64,000 nt of DNA, from NCBI GenBank assembly GCA_965198175.1, contig OZ240245.1, positions 3,904,001-3,968,000 of the forward strand. Direction: 5' to 3'. Position numbers and translations under genes: made by a program. The notes under the pieces are model-generated. The model worked only from the letters and a program-made list of their open reading frames with translations, did not search any database and was not told where the DNA came from. Positions 53,150 through 62,560 of this stretch are shown here, one piece after another (position 1 is the stretch's first letter; every line of letters starts with the position of its first letter). This DNA comes from Candidatus Poribacteria bacterium (GTDB lineage Bacteria; Poribacteria; WGA-4E; PCPOR2b).

Positions 53150-53225
53150 TGGCTCCCCCGGACGGATTCGAACCGCCGACAAGGTGGTTAACAGCCACCC
53201 GCTCTGCCAGCTGAGCTACAGGGGA
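53150..53225 (-). tRNA. tRNA-Asn (GTT)
   Basis: TCCCCTGTAGCTCAGCTGGCAGAGCGGGTGGCTGTTAACCACCTTGTCGGCGGTTCGAATCCGTCCGGGGGAGCCA; 76-nt cloverleaf with encoded CCA. Confidence 0.97.
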
Positions 53226-53274
53226 ATAATGTCTCGCAGGTGAAACCCCGAGCAATTTCAGAAAACAAGGCATA

Positions 53275-53303
53275 ATTATACATAATACCGCGTCCGATTG
53301 CAA
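53275..53303 (-). promoter_or_regulatory. Sigma70 promoter of tRNA-Asn
   Basis: TTGCAA-17 bp-TATAAT on the minus strand. Confidence 0.75.
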
Positions 53304-53380
53304 GTAAAATTTCATCATTTGTGGAAACGGGAACTATGTGGTACAATGTGGGGTGTCATCAACGTACTTAGGAACCCATA

Positions 53381-55219
53381 ATGCCAATCAAAATTCTTCC
53401 GCCCGATATTGCCAACAAAATCGCAGCCGGTGAAGTTGTCGAGCGACCGGCGTCCGTTGTCAAAGAACTGATTGAAAACGCCATTGACGCCGAGAGCACG
53501 AGTATCAGCGTTGAGATTCGTGCCGGCGGCAAGCGGCTCATCCGTGTCTCAGACAACGGGACGGGTATGACCCGTGAGGATGCCCTGATTGCCTTAGAGC
53601 GTCATGCGACGAGCAAAGTCGGAACCATTGAAGATTTGCAGCGCATCCAAACGTTTGGATTCCGCGGTGAAGCGCTGCCAAGCATTGCATCCGTATCGCA
53701 GCTTGAGTTGCTGACGCGCACGGCTGATGGGCTAGTGGGCACAAAGATCTCGGTTGATGGCGGTGTTGCAAAATCTGTCCAGGAAAGCGGTTGCTCGCCG
53801 GGCACCCACTTCACCATCAATAACCTGTTCTACAATGTTCCCGCACGTCTGAAATTCCTGAAAAGCGAAACAACCGAGTTGAACCATCTCACCAACCAAG
53901 TGACCTGGGCAGCGCTCGCGCACCCAAAGATTCAATTTTCCCACTCTCACGACCGCCGCTCTCTGATTGATGTCCGTTCGTGTGATTCCTATATTGAACG
54001 GATTCGCCTGCTCTACGGGAAAGAGTTTGCCGAGAACTTAATCGAATTTGACGCTGAGTTGCCCAATCTTCGTTTGCACAGCTTCATCGGCAAACCGGAT
54101 TTAACCAAAGCGAATCGCAGTTATCAATTGTTTTTCCTGAACTCTAGACCGATTCGCAGTAAAATTCTCGGCGCCGCACTCGGCGAGGCGATGCGATCGA
54201 TGGTGCCCAAGAATCGATTCGCCGTCGCCTTCCTATTCTTGACGATGGACGCGCAGGAGGTCGATGTAAACGTACACCCCGCCAAGGTCGAGGTACGGTT
54301 TAGAAATGAACGCGCAATCTACAGCGCGATTTCGCGCATGATACACAGCGGTATCCACAAGCACAAGTATATCCCCAAGTTTGACAAGGCAACGCAACCG
54401 GTATCGTCGACCGATTCACAAGTGGAAAAAAGGGACGATGTGAAACCCCGCATCGCCTCCCATGCTGCGGAATCTGAAATGGCAATCGCAACTAGCACCG
54501 TGTTTTCCCCTACCCCGCCGCGGCAGGCTGGACAAACCGCTGGAAAAGCGGTAGAATCGCTTCCATCTAGTGCGCCTGCAGGAGTTCAACCGCCTGAACG
54601 TTCAATCCCTGAAGGCACTCCCCTCGAACTCTTTGATTTTGAAGATGTACAATTGAAGACAAATCTGTTCAATACTTACATCGTGGCGGAGGGGAAGGAT
54701 CGGGTGTTTATTATCGATCAGCACGTCGCAGCAGAGCGGGTGCTCTATGAGCATTTTGTCCAACAATTGAAATCAGACGGGATTCCTGTGCAAGGCTTAT
54801 TGCTACCCGTAACAGTTGAGGCGACTCCTCAGCAGATAACGACACTCAACGCTCACACCGCGCTTTTCGAGAAACTCGGCTTCGAGCTTGAACAATTCGG
54901 CGGAAACACCATCCTTGTCCGTTCGATTCCCACAATGCTTGCCACATCGTCCGTCGCAATGACGGTTACCGACCTCCTGGATCGGTTGCCGCAAACTGTG
55001 TCCCCTTCCGATGAACTGCTTGAAGTGCAGGATGAGGCGTTGATTATGCTCGCCTGCAAATCCGCTGTGAAGGCGGGCGACTCACTGACCATGAACGAAA
55101 TGGTTGCGTTGGTCAAGGATCTATCCCAAGCAAAATTGCCGTTCAATTGCCCGCATTCTCGCCCAATCGTTGTGGAGATGGGCAAAAATGAACTAGAGAG
55201 TCGGTTTAAGCGGCGATAG
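53381..55219 (+). CDS. mutL: DNA mismatch repair endonuclease MutL
   Basis: IAAGEVVERP, GFRGEAL, DVNVHP, DQHVAAER and CPHSRP. Confidence 0.97.
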   Translation: MPIKILPPDIANKIAAGEVVERPASVVKELIENAIDAESTSISVEIRAGGKRLIRVSDNGTGMTREDALIALERHATSKVGTIEDLQRIQTFGFRGEALPSIASVSQLELLTRTADGLVGTKISVDGGVAKSVQESGCSPGTHFTINNLFYNVPARLKFLKSETTELNHLTNQVTWAALAHPKIQFSHSHDRRSLIDVRSCDSYIERIRLLYGKEFAENLIEFDAELPNLRLHSFIGKPDLTKANRSYQLFFLNSRPIRSKILGAALGEAMRSMVPKNRFAVAFLFLTMDAQEVDVNVHPAKVEVRFRNERAIYSAISRMIHSGIHKHKYIPKFDKATQPVSSTDSQVEKRDDVKPRIASHAAESEMAIATSTVFSPTPPRQAGQTAGKAVESLPSSAPAGVQPPERSIPEGTPLELFDFEDVQLKTNLFNTYIVAEGKDRVFIIDQHVAAERVLYEHFVQQLKSDGIPVQGLLLPVTVEATPQQITTLNAHTALFEKLGFELEQFGGNTILVRSIPTMLATSSVAMTVTDLLDRLPQTVSPSDELLEVQDEALIMLACKSAVKAGDSLTMNEMVALVKDLSQAKLPFNCPHSRPIVVEMGKNELESRFKRR

Positions 55220-55341
55220 CGAAGCGACGTATTGAGACCCAGCAGCCAACACCTGATTGATTTCACGGTTGCGACATGCCCCTGTGGGGGACTTGACCTT
55301 CCGGCGTTTCGCGGCACCGTCCACGATTGAGGGTAAGTTTC

Positions 55342-56367
55342 ATGAGACTATTGGCTACCGGCGGGGCGGGATTTATTGGATGCAATTTCAGCCGATACTG
55401 GCTTGAACGCTATCCGAGCGATTCAGTTGTCAACATCGATTTCCTAACTTACGCGGGCGATCCCTCAAACTTCGCAGATGTTGCCGACAAATACCCGGAT
55501 CGGTATCGCTTTGTTCATGGGGATATTGGAGATTTCCGCTGCGTTGATGACCTCATGGAGAAGCAGCCGCCAGATGTGATTGTGAATTTCGCTGCGGAAT
55601 CCCACAACAGTCGCGCGGTCCTCAACCCGCGCCGATTCTTCGAGACGAACGTCATGGGCACACAGATGCTGCTTGACCTTGCTCGTAAACATGGGGTCGT
55701 CCGATTTCACCACGTGTCTACGTGTGAAGTCTACGGCGATCTCCCCCTCGACTCGCCAGAGAAGTTCACGGAAAAACACCCATATCGCCCACGCACACCG
55801 TATAACGCCTCCAAAGCGGCGGCAGACCACGCGGTGCGCGCCTATTTTGAAACCTATCGACTTCCAGTCACGATTTCGAACTGTTCAAACAACTATGGGC
55901 ATTATCAGCACCCCGAAAAGGTCATACCGCTTTTTACAACGCACGCCCTCGATAATAAGCCGCTGCCGCTCTATCGCAACAGCCGCAACCGTCGGGAATG
56001 GCTCGCTGTTTTGGATCACTGCCGCGCCATTGATTTGATTATTCAGAAAGGGGAAATTGGCGAAACTTACAACATCGGCAGCGGGGTCGAACAGAGCATC
56101 GAGGAAATTGCGGACGCGATCTTAGCCGCATTGGACAAACCTACGTCCTTAAAAACTTACGTCCCAGACCGACCCGGTCATGATCGCCGATACTTATTGG
56201 ATTCGTCGAAAATTCGGCGGGAACTCGGTTGGGAGCCGCAGATCGATTTTGAATCTGGACTCCGGGATACCGTCCGTTGGTATGTCGAAAATCGAACCTG
56301 GTGGGCCGCCATTCGTAAGAAGGAGGATTCACCAGCGATTCAAGAAGATGCGTGGCAGAAGATATAA
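55342..56367 (+). CDS. rfbB: dTDP-glucose 4,6-dehydratase
   Basis: TGGAGFIG, FAAESH, PYNASKA, NCSNNYG and DRPGHDRRY. Confidence 0.93.
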   Translation: MRLLATGGAGFIGCNFSRYWLERYPSDSVVNIDFLTYAGDPSNFADVADKYPDRYRFVHGDIGDFRCVDDLMEKQPPDVIVNFAAESHNSRAVLNPRRFFETNVMGTQMLLDLARKHGVVRFHHVSTCEVYGDLPLDSPEKFTEKHPYRPRTPYNASKAAADHAVRAYFETYRLPVTISNCSNNYGHYQHPEKVIPLFTTHALDNKPLPLYRNSRNRREWLAVLDHCRAIDLIIQKGEIGETYNIGSGVEQSIEEIADAILAALDKPTSLKTYVPDRPGHDRRYLLDSSKIRRELGWEPQIDFESGLRDTVRWYVENRTWWAAIRKKEDSPAIQEDAWQKI

Positions 56368-56474
56368 AGTCAACCACTATTTTTTTCGAGAACTGATGAC
56401 GGGATTCGTAGAGGTGGAGTCTTCTCGCCCGAATCAACGCTGACTCATTTGGCTTCTCACAGAAGGGGGAAAAC

Positions 56475-57458
56475 ATGTCCAAAGAGCTTGAACATCAATA
56501 CCAAGAATTTCGCGAAGCCTTCTATCGTATCCAAGACGAGGTATCCAAACGCATTGTTGGGCAAAAGGAGATTGTCGAAGGCGTGCTAATCTGCCTGATG
56601 ACGGGAGGGCACGCACTTTTGGAGGGTGTCCCCGGCTTGGGCAAGACCCTGCTCATTCGGACACTGCATGAGGTGCTAGACCTCGGATTTGCCCGCATCC
56701 AGTTCACGCCCGATCTGATGCCCGCTGACATCATCGGCACCAACGTCGTTGCGGAAGATGAGGATGGACGAAAGTTCTTTGATTTCCAATCCGGTCCTGT
56801 GTTTAGCAATCTCGTGCTCGCGGATGAAATCAATCGCGCGACGCCCAAGACACAATCTGCACTGTTGGAGGCGATGCAGGAGAAATCCGTCACCGTTGCT
56901 GGAAAACATCATACCCTGCAGCCCCCCTTCTTCGTGATGGCAACGCAAAACCCCCTGGAAATGGAGGGCACATATCCACTCCCTGAAGCCCAACTCGATC
57001 GCTTCTTTTTCAAGCTCAAGGTCAAATATCCGAGCCTCGATGAACTCGACCTCGTCATGGAACGCACAACGAAGCGCGAGATGCCCGCGGTCGAAAAAGT
57101 CTGCGATGGCGAGCGAATCAACGCATTGGAACAGATTGTCCGTGATATCCTTATTGCCGAAGACGTTCGCAGGTACGCCTTGCGGATTGTGTTGGGCACG
57201 CACCCCGACTCAGCCGATGCCCCGGAACTAACGAAAAAATATGTCCGCTACGGTTCAAGCCCCCGCGGTGCGCAGGCGTTGATTCTCGGCGGTAAGGTCA
57301 AGGCTATCCTCGATAACCGGTACAACGTCGCCCGTGAGGACATTCAAGCTGTTGCGTTGCCAAGCCTCCGCCACCGCTTGATTCTCAACTTCGAGGGCGA
57401 AGCTGAAGGAATCGACCCAGATGGAATTGTTCAGCACCTGTTGGAGGTCGTTCAATAG
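56475..57458 (+). CDS. MoxR-family AAA+ ATPase
   Basis: GVPGLGKT, RIQFTPDLMP, DEINR and PEAQLDRF. Confidence 0.95.
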   Translation: MSKELEHQYQEFREAFYRIQDEVSKRIVGQKEIVEGVLICLMTGGHALLEGVPGLGKTLLIRTLHEVLDLGFARIQFTPDLMPADIIGTNVVAEDEDGRKFFDFQSGPVFSNLVLADEINRATPKTQSALLEAMQEKSVTVAGKHHTLQPPFFVMATQNPLEMEGTYPLPEAQLDRFFFKLKVKYPSLDELDLVMERTTKREMPAVEKVCDGERINALEQIVRDILIAEDVRRYALRIVLGTHPDSADAPELTKKYVRYGSSPRGAQALILGGKVKAILDNRYNVAREDIQAVALPSLRHRLILNFEGEAEGIDPDGIVQHLLEVVQ

Positions 57459-57553
57459 TTAACCCTGTGGTGTTTGCGTCAATATGTTGTAGGACGTGTC
57501 TGCGCTGAGGGACTTGGAACATGGCGAATTTAAACTGAGATGAGGAGGCTAAC

Positions 57554-58081
57554 ATGAAACGGTGGCACCTAATTCTAACCCTATGTTGTCTGCTGGCCAT
57601 TCTCGCGTCTGTGTTCGCCCAAGATACAACAACGGGCACCGTACGGGGGTATGTCAGCGATACCTCGCCAGCACAAAACCCAATTGCAGAAGTCCGAGTT
57701 GTTGTCGTCAATGCTGCTGGCACCGAACATGCAGCGCAGACAGATAGCAGCGGTGAGTTCGAAATCGCCGGATTGCCCCCCGGTCGCTACCTGATGAGCA
57801 TCACTAACGAAGGGTACGGAGAGCGTGTCGGTAAGCCGATTACCGTTACTGCCGGTGGCGACCAGTATGTCGCGATGAGAATGTCTGAACATAGGACCTT
57901 CGTTACCTTCTTGAAGGGACTATTCGGTGGAGGTGATGACATGCCGCCGAAAATGACCGAAGAGGAGGAGCCTACATCGCAAAAGAAGGAATTAGGCTCC
58001 CTGTCTTGGTTGTTGCTTCTTTGCTTAGCGATTGTGGCGGCATTTCTCATTGGTCGTCGAAGCCGCCGCCGTTCTGACTGA
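57554..58081 (+). CDS. Carboxypeptidase regulatory-like domain membrane protein
   Basis: Signal peptide, GTVRGYVSD..TDSSGEF..LPPGRY, C-terminal transmembrane helix and Arg-rich tail. Confidence 0.75.
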   Translation: MKRWHLILTLCCLLAILASVFAQDTTTGTVRGYVSDTSPAQNPIAEVRVVVVNAAGTEHAAQTDSSGEFEIAGLPPGRYLMSITNEGYGERVGKPITVTAGGDQYVAMRMSEHRTFVTFLKGLFGGGDDMPPKMTEEEEPTSQKKELGSLSWLLLLCLAIVAAFLIGRRSRRRSD

Positions 58082-58121
58082 CGAAGATTGTGCAACGTAC
58101 CTATTCGGAGGCTGCCTCGAC

Positions 58122-59018
58122 ATGAACGACACCCAATCTACCCAATCCGCCTTCGACAGCGAATTTCTGAAGAAGCTGGAATACCTTTACATCGTCTCGA
58201 AAAAGATTTTTGCGGGACGAATTAAAGCCGAGCGCCGCAGCACACGCCGCGGCGTGAGTGTTGAGTTTGCCGATTACCGCAATTATACCGCTGGCGACGA
58301 TTTCCGTTACATCGACTGGAACGCCTTCGCCCGATTCGACGAACTCTTCCTGAAACTCTACGAAGAGCGGGAGGACCTGCACATCTACTTTCTCGTTGAT
58401 GCCAGCCGGTCGATGACCTATGGCGCCCCCCAGAAACTGCTATACGCGAAACGTGTCGCTGCTGCACTCGCCTATATCGGCTTGTCGAACCTGGACCGTG
58501 TCAGCATCACCGTCTTCACGGACACCGATCTAAATCGGTTGCCGACGGAGCGCGGGAAGGGCAAAATCTTTACGGTACTCGATTTCCTTGATCGGATCGA
58601 CGGCGCCGGCGAAACGAATCTTCAAACCGCTTTCAGCAATTTTGTCCACACCGCCAAACGCCGCGGGCTAGTTGTTTTAATCTCAGATCTCTTCGATCCG
58701 CGTGGGTTCACCGACGGGCTGAACGTGTTAAAATTTCAGAAACACGACCTATTCGTGATTCACATCGTTGACGAAAAAGAGGTGAATCCTGAACTGCTCG
58801 GCGATTATCATCTCGTTGATGTCGAGACGAATCAGCTTCGTCCGGTCACTATCAACGAGAGCCACCTCAAACGTTACAAGAGGCTGTTCGAGAAGTATTG
58901 CGACGACCTTGACCGCTACTGTGTGCAGCGTGAAATAGGGTTCATCCGCACAGCCACAGAATTGCCCTTTGATGAACTTATCCTGCGAATTTTTCGGATG
59001 GGCGGGTTTGTGTCTTAA
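58122..59018 (+). CDS. DUF58 domain protein
   Basis: EFADYRNY..GDDFRYIDWN, DASRSM and ISD. Confidence 0.92.
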   Translation: MNDTQSTQSAFDSEFLKKLEYLYIVSKKIFAGRIKAERRSTRRGVSVEFADYRNYTAGDDFRYIDWNAFARFDELFLKLYEEREDLHIYFLVDASRSMTYGAPQKLLYAKRVAAALAYIGLSNLDRVSITVFTDTDLNRLPTERGKGKIFTVLDFLDRIDGAGETNLQTAFSNFVHTAKRRGLVVLISDLFDPRGFTDGLNVLKFQKHDLFVIHIVDEKEVNPELLGDYHLVDVETNQLRPVTINESHLKRYKRLFEKYCDDLDRYCVQREIGFIRTATELPFDELILRIFRMGGFVS

Positions 59019-59083
59019 TCCTCGGTACGACATGCACTCGTCCAAACCCCATCTATCGTACACCAAGATTTATCAACACCAAT

Positions 59084-60949
59084 ATGAACTTTCTATCCCC
59101 AGCCGCACTATTCCTATTCGGTATCGCCGCCCCGATTATCGCCCTCTACGTCCTCAAACTGCGCCGCCGCCGCGAGCCCGTCTCCACGTTGATGTTTTGG
59201 GAACAAATTTTCAGAGAGAAACAGACCACCTCCCTGTTCCAAAAACTCAAGCATCTGTTATCTCTGCTCCTACAGTTGCTGTTCCTCACGCTTCTCGTCC
59301 TCGCGATTGCGCGACCGCAGTTTGGATTCATGACGAAATTGGCGCGTCAGATTGTGCTGATCATCGACCATTCAGCGAGCATGAACACCCGTGAGGAGGC
59401 ACTGTCACGCCTCGAATCCGCTAAGCAGCGTGCCCTGAAACTCGTAGATAACCTCCGCTTTATTGATGAGATGATGGTGATCAGTTGCCACACGCAGCTT
59501 TTCATCCACAGTCCGTTCACCAACCATCAGAAATCCCTTCGCGCCGCGATTGCGTCGATTCAACCCACCGATGTGAAGACCGATTTGGCGCCTGCGCTGT
59601 CGCTCGCCTATTCCGTGACGCAGACCAACACCAACCCTGAGATTGTGGTTCTCAGCGACTTTGCAATAGAAGCCCAGAGTCAGCAGGTCGCCGAGATGCT
59701 CCAAAATCCGCCCCCACACGCCAAACTGCACCTGTTGCCGGTTGCACACAAGGTGAGCGATAACGTCGGCATCACGCAGTTTCGAGTGCGGAAGAGTCTC
59801 GTCAACGCATTTGACTACCAGACCTTGTTGACCATTGCCAACACTTCGGACGCCGAAAAGTCATTTAACGTGGAACTTTATCTCAACGATGATCTGCTTG
59901 ATGTCCGCCCGTACACCCTCGCCCCCGGCGAAAATAGGTCTGAAATCTTCAGCAATTTCACGTTTGAAGGTGGCAGGCTCAAAGCGGTGCTTGATGTTGA
60001 TGATGCGCTGTCCACCGACAACGTCGCTTATGCCACTCTGCCGAAGCGCGAGCGAATCCCTGTTCTGCTCGTTACGCGCATCAACACATTCCTCGAAAAC
60101 GCACTCGCTGTCGATGAGAAATTGGATGTAACGGTCATATCCCCAGACCAATACAAACCCGGTGAGGCCGGATATGACGTGACGATTTTCGACCGATATA
60201 ACCCGCCCACTCTCGGCGGTGGGAACTATATGTTCATCTATCCGCCGAAAACGGGGGCGATGTGGGAGATTGGGGAGCCGCTCGAAACGCCGATTATTAC
60301 CGATTGGGTGCGTGACCACCCCATCCTGCGCTATGTCCAACTCGACAATGTCCTGATAGGGGAAGCGTATCAGGTCGTGGCGCCGCCGACGGCGAAAGTT
60401 TTAGTCCGTTCATTTGATGATCCGTTGTTGATTGTCGATGAAACGTCAAATCGAAAAGTCGTCTTCGTTGCCATCGACATCCTGAAATCAGACCTGCCCC
60501 TGCGCATCGCCTTCCCGGTGATTATTGCCAACACGATTCAGTGGTTTCGAAGCGGTTCGGGAATCGAAGACTACCACCTCCAGACGGGTGAAATCTTGAG
60601 CAAGCAGATTCCCTCGACCATAGAAACAGTGACCATTACCGGCCCGACGGGTGAGCCAACGGAAGTCGCTGTTGAGGACGGTCAACTCCTCTTCGATCAG
60701 ACAACCATAGCCGGGTTTTACGAACTTCAGCTCGGAGAGGACGAGGAGGTTTGGGCAATAAATCTCACGGACGAATCGGAATCGCAGATCGGTGTAACAG
60801 CTTCAATCGAAGACCTGCTGGACGAGGAAATGATTGGACTCGGCGGCTCTGCGCTGCTGCGTTACCCGCCGTGGATTTATCTAGTCTTTCTCGCCGTCGC
60901 GTTGAGCGCTGTCGAGTGGTGGCTCTATCAACGGAGACGAATCGACTAA
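59084..60949 (+). CDS. BatA/VWA domain membrane protein
   Basis: BatA-type N-terminus, DHSASM MIDAS motif, C-terminal transmembrane helix with EWW. Confidence 0.9.
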   Translation: MNFLSPAALFLFGIAAPIIALYVLKLRRRREPVSTLMFWEQIFREKQTTSLFQKLKHLLSLLLQLLFLTLLVLAIARPQFGFMTKLARQIVLIIDHSASMNTREEALSRLESAKQRALKLVDNLRFIDEMMVISCHTQLFIHSPFTNHQKSLRAAIASIQPTDVKTDLAPALSLAYSVTQTNTNPEIVVLSDFAIEAQSQQVAEMLQNPPPHAKLHLLPVAHKVSDNVGITQFRVRKSLVNAFDYQTLLTIANTSDAEKSFNVELYLNDDLLDVRPYTLAPGENRSEIFSNFTFEGGRLKAVLDVDDALSTDNVAYATLPKRERIPVLLVTRINTFLENALAVDEKLDVTVISPDQYKPGEAGYDVTIFDRYNPPTLGGGNYMFIYPPKTGAMWEIGEPLETPIITDWVRDHPILRYVQLDNVLIGEAYQVVAPPTAKVLVRSFDDPLLIVDETSNRKVVFVAIDILKSDLPLRIAFPVIIANTIQWFRSGSGIEDYHLQTGEILSKQIPSTIETVTITGPTGEPTEVAVEDGQLLFDQTTIAGFYELQLGEDEEVWAINLTDESESQIGVTASIEDLLDEEMIGLGGSALLRYPPWIYLVFLAVALSAVEWWLYQRRRID

Positions 60950-60972
60950 GATAGAAACCGTCCCGCCTCTAT

Positions 60973-62223
60973 CTACTCCACAATGACGAAATCGAGCCGT
61001 CGATGTGCTTCCCGGAGCGCCCCCTCGACATCTGCAGGGGTGCTTCTCCGCGCGAAGATGAATCCAAGGTAACGTGAACCTTCAGGGAGTGGAACAACTT
61101 CTTGTCCCAACGGGATGCTTATGGTAATATTCTCAATTCCAGCGACCCTCTCGGCTTCAGCTTTACCGCGAACCTCACGTAGGATGCCGGGACGAGGAAT
61201 GGGTATCATCATGACGCCAGCAGCCCCCTTTTCCCGTTCCAACGATTGCACCTCGATACCGACAGCATGTCGAAGGATGAGCTCTTCTAACGATATTCCG
61301 GTGCCGAAACGCAATGTACGCGAGCAAAGCCCGCCGATTGATCTCGCCGCGATCTCAAGAAGCCATGCGCCCGCGTCGTTCAACCGAAGTTCTGCATGCA
61401 CAGGACCTTCCCGCAAACCGAGCGTTTTCGCCGCTTGTGCTGTAACGGCTGTGATATCCTGCTGCAAATGGACTGGTAATTGTGATGGCGTAATATAGAG
61501 CGTTTCTTCGAAAAATGGACCGTCCAACGGATCGGGCTTGTCGAAAATCGCAAGGGTTTTGAGTCTGCCGCCCAGAAGAAGTCCTTCAAAGGCAACTTCG
61601 ATCCCAGGAATGTAGCTTTCAACAAGCACCTGTTGTGCTTCGGCATCGCCTCGGTTGGCGATGCCCGACGCTTGTAAAATCGCAACCACCCGATGAAACG
61701 CATCTATGAATTGATCCCGTCTGTCGGCGCGAATGACCCCCCGGCTCGCGGAAAGGGAAAGAGGTTTTACAACACATGGGAAACTCACCCGATGCGTGAG
61801 CGTCACAGTATTGTCGTCCGTTGAAAACAGATTGAAGCGGGGAGAGCGAATTCCGGCATCAGCAAGCGCTTTCCGCATGCGGTATTTGTTTCGGGTTGCG
61901 TAAGCAGATTCGACAGTGTTGTGCGGGATAGATAATGCTTTCGACGCCATTGCCGCAAGGATAGTCGTGTCGTCGTCAACCCCCACGATAGCATCAATCG
62001 GATATGTTCCCGCGAACGTTACGATTTCTTCCATCCCCTTTGCAGGATCCCGAAAGTTGAGCGTGAGCGTCTTGCGGGGGGACAATTCTGAAAGCGTTTG
62101 AGGGCGGTCAGAACCAACCACAACTTCTATGTCTAACTGCCCTGCCGCTGCCAAGAAGTCCGTTGCACGATACGTTCTCGTGGGCAGCAGAAGAAGAATT
62201 CGCTTCCGCTTCGATGACATCAT
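60973..62223 (-). CDS. ATP-grasp domain ligase
   Basis: VVKPLSLSASRGV, ESYIPG, HAELR and EIAAR. Start reassigned to MMSSKR because the upstream ORF part is repeat DNA. Confidence 0.88.
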   Translation of the reverse strand: MMSSKRKRILLLLPTRTYRATDFLAAAGQLDIEVVVGSDRPQTLSELSPRKTLTLNFRDPAKGMEEIVTFAGTYPIDAIVGVDDDTTILAAMASKALSIPHNTVESAYATRNKYRMRKALADAGIRSPRFNLFSTDDNTVTLTHRVSFPCVVKPLSLSASRGVIRADRRDQFIDAFHRVVAILQASGIANRGDAEAQQVLVESYIPGIEVAFEGLLLGGRLKTLAIFDKPDPLDGPFFEETLYITPSQLPVHLQQDITAVTAQAAKTLGLREGPVHAELRLNDAGAWLLEIAARSIGGLCSRTLRFGTGISLEELILRHAVGIEVQSLEREKGAAGVMMIPIPRPGILREVRGKAEAERVAGIENITISIPLGQEVVPLPEGSRYLGFIFARRSTPADVEGALREAHRRLDFVIVE

Positions 62224-62262
62224 GAATTCCTCCGGAGAGCTCTCCCTCTTGCTAAGTTGATT

Positions 62263-62440
62263 GTAGGTTGGGTAGCTCTTGTAGGTTGGGTAGAGCGGTG
62301 TTGGCGAACCATGGAACGTAGGGAGTATGCGTTTCGGGGGTTGATTCTGTTTGAAACTTGTTATGATGTAGCGAAACCCAACGATCAAGCGACCGAACAG
62401 GGAGCGCGATAGTTTTGGTGTCGGTGAAGACTATCGCCAC
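62263..62440. repeat. Composite REP/MITE-like repeat
   Basis: Tandem GTAGGTTGGGTAG, then GCGAAACCCAAC and GATCAAGCGACCGAACAG..GCGATAGTTTT..GAAGACTATCGC. Confidence 0.7.
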
Positions 62441-62560
62441 CTTATCGGACAGTTTCCTTTCGGATTGTTCCATTGATATGCACTCCAATACAGACGTATT
62501 CTAGACTTGTGAATCTTCCCTCCAAATTATCTATCTTTCGGCGATGGGGCAATGTACGCT

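Noticed and set aside
45000..53225. Prophage or ICE integrated at tRNA-Asn
   Set aside because: No integrase, structural or conjugation genes and no duplicated att sequence were seen.
62224..62388. N-terminal extension of the ATP-grasp protein with YPTY repeats
   Set aside because: It is the translation of tandem CCCAACCTAC REP sequences, not protein.
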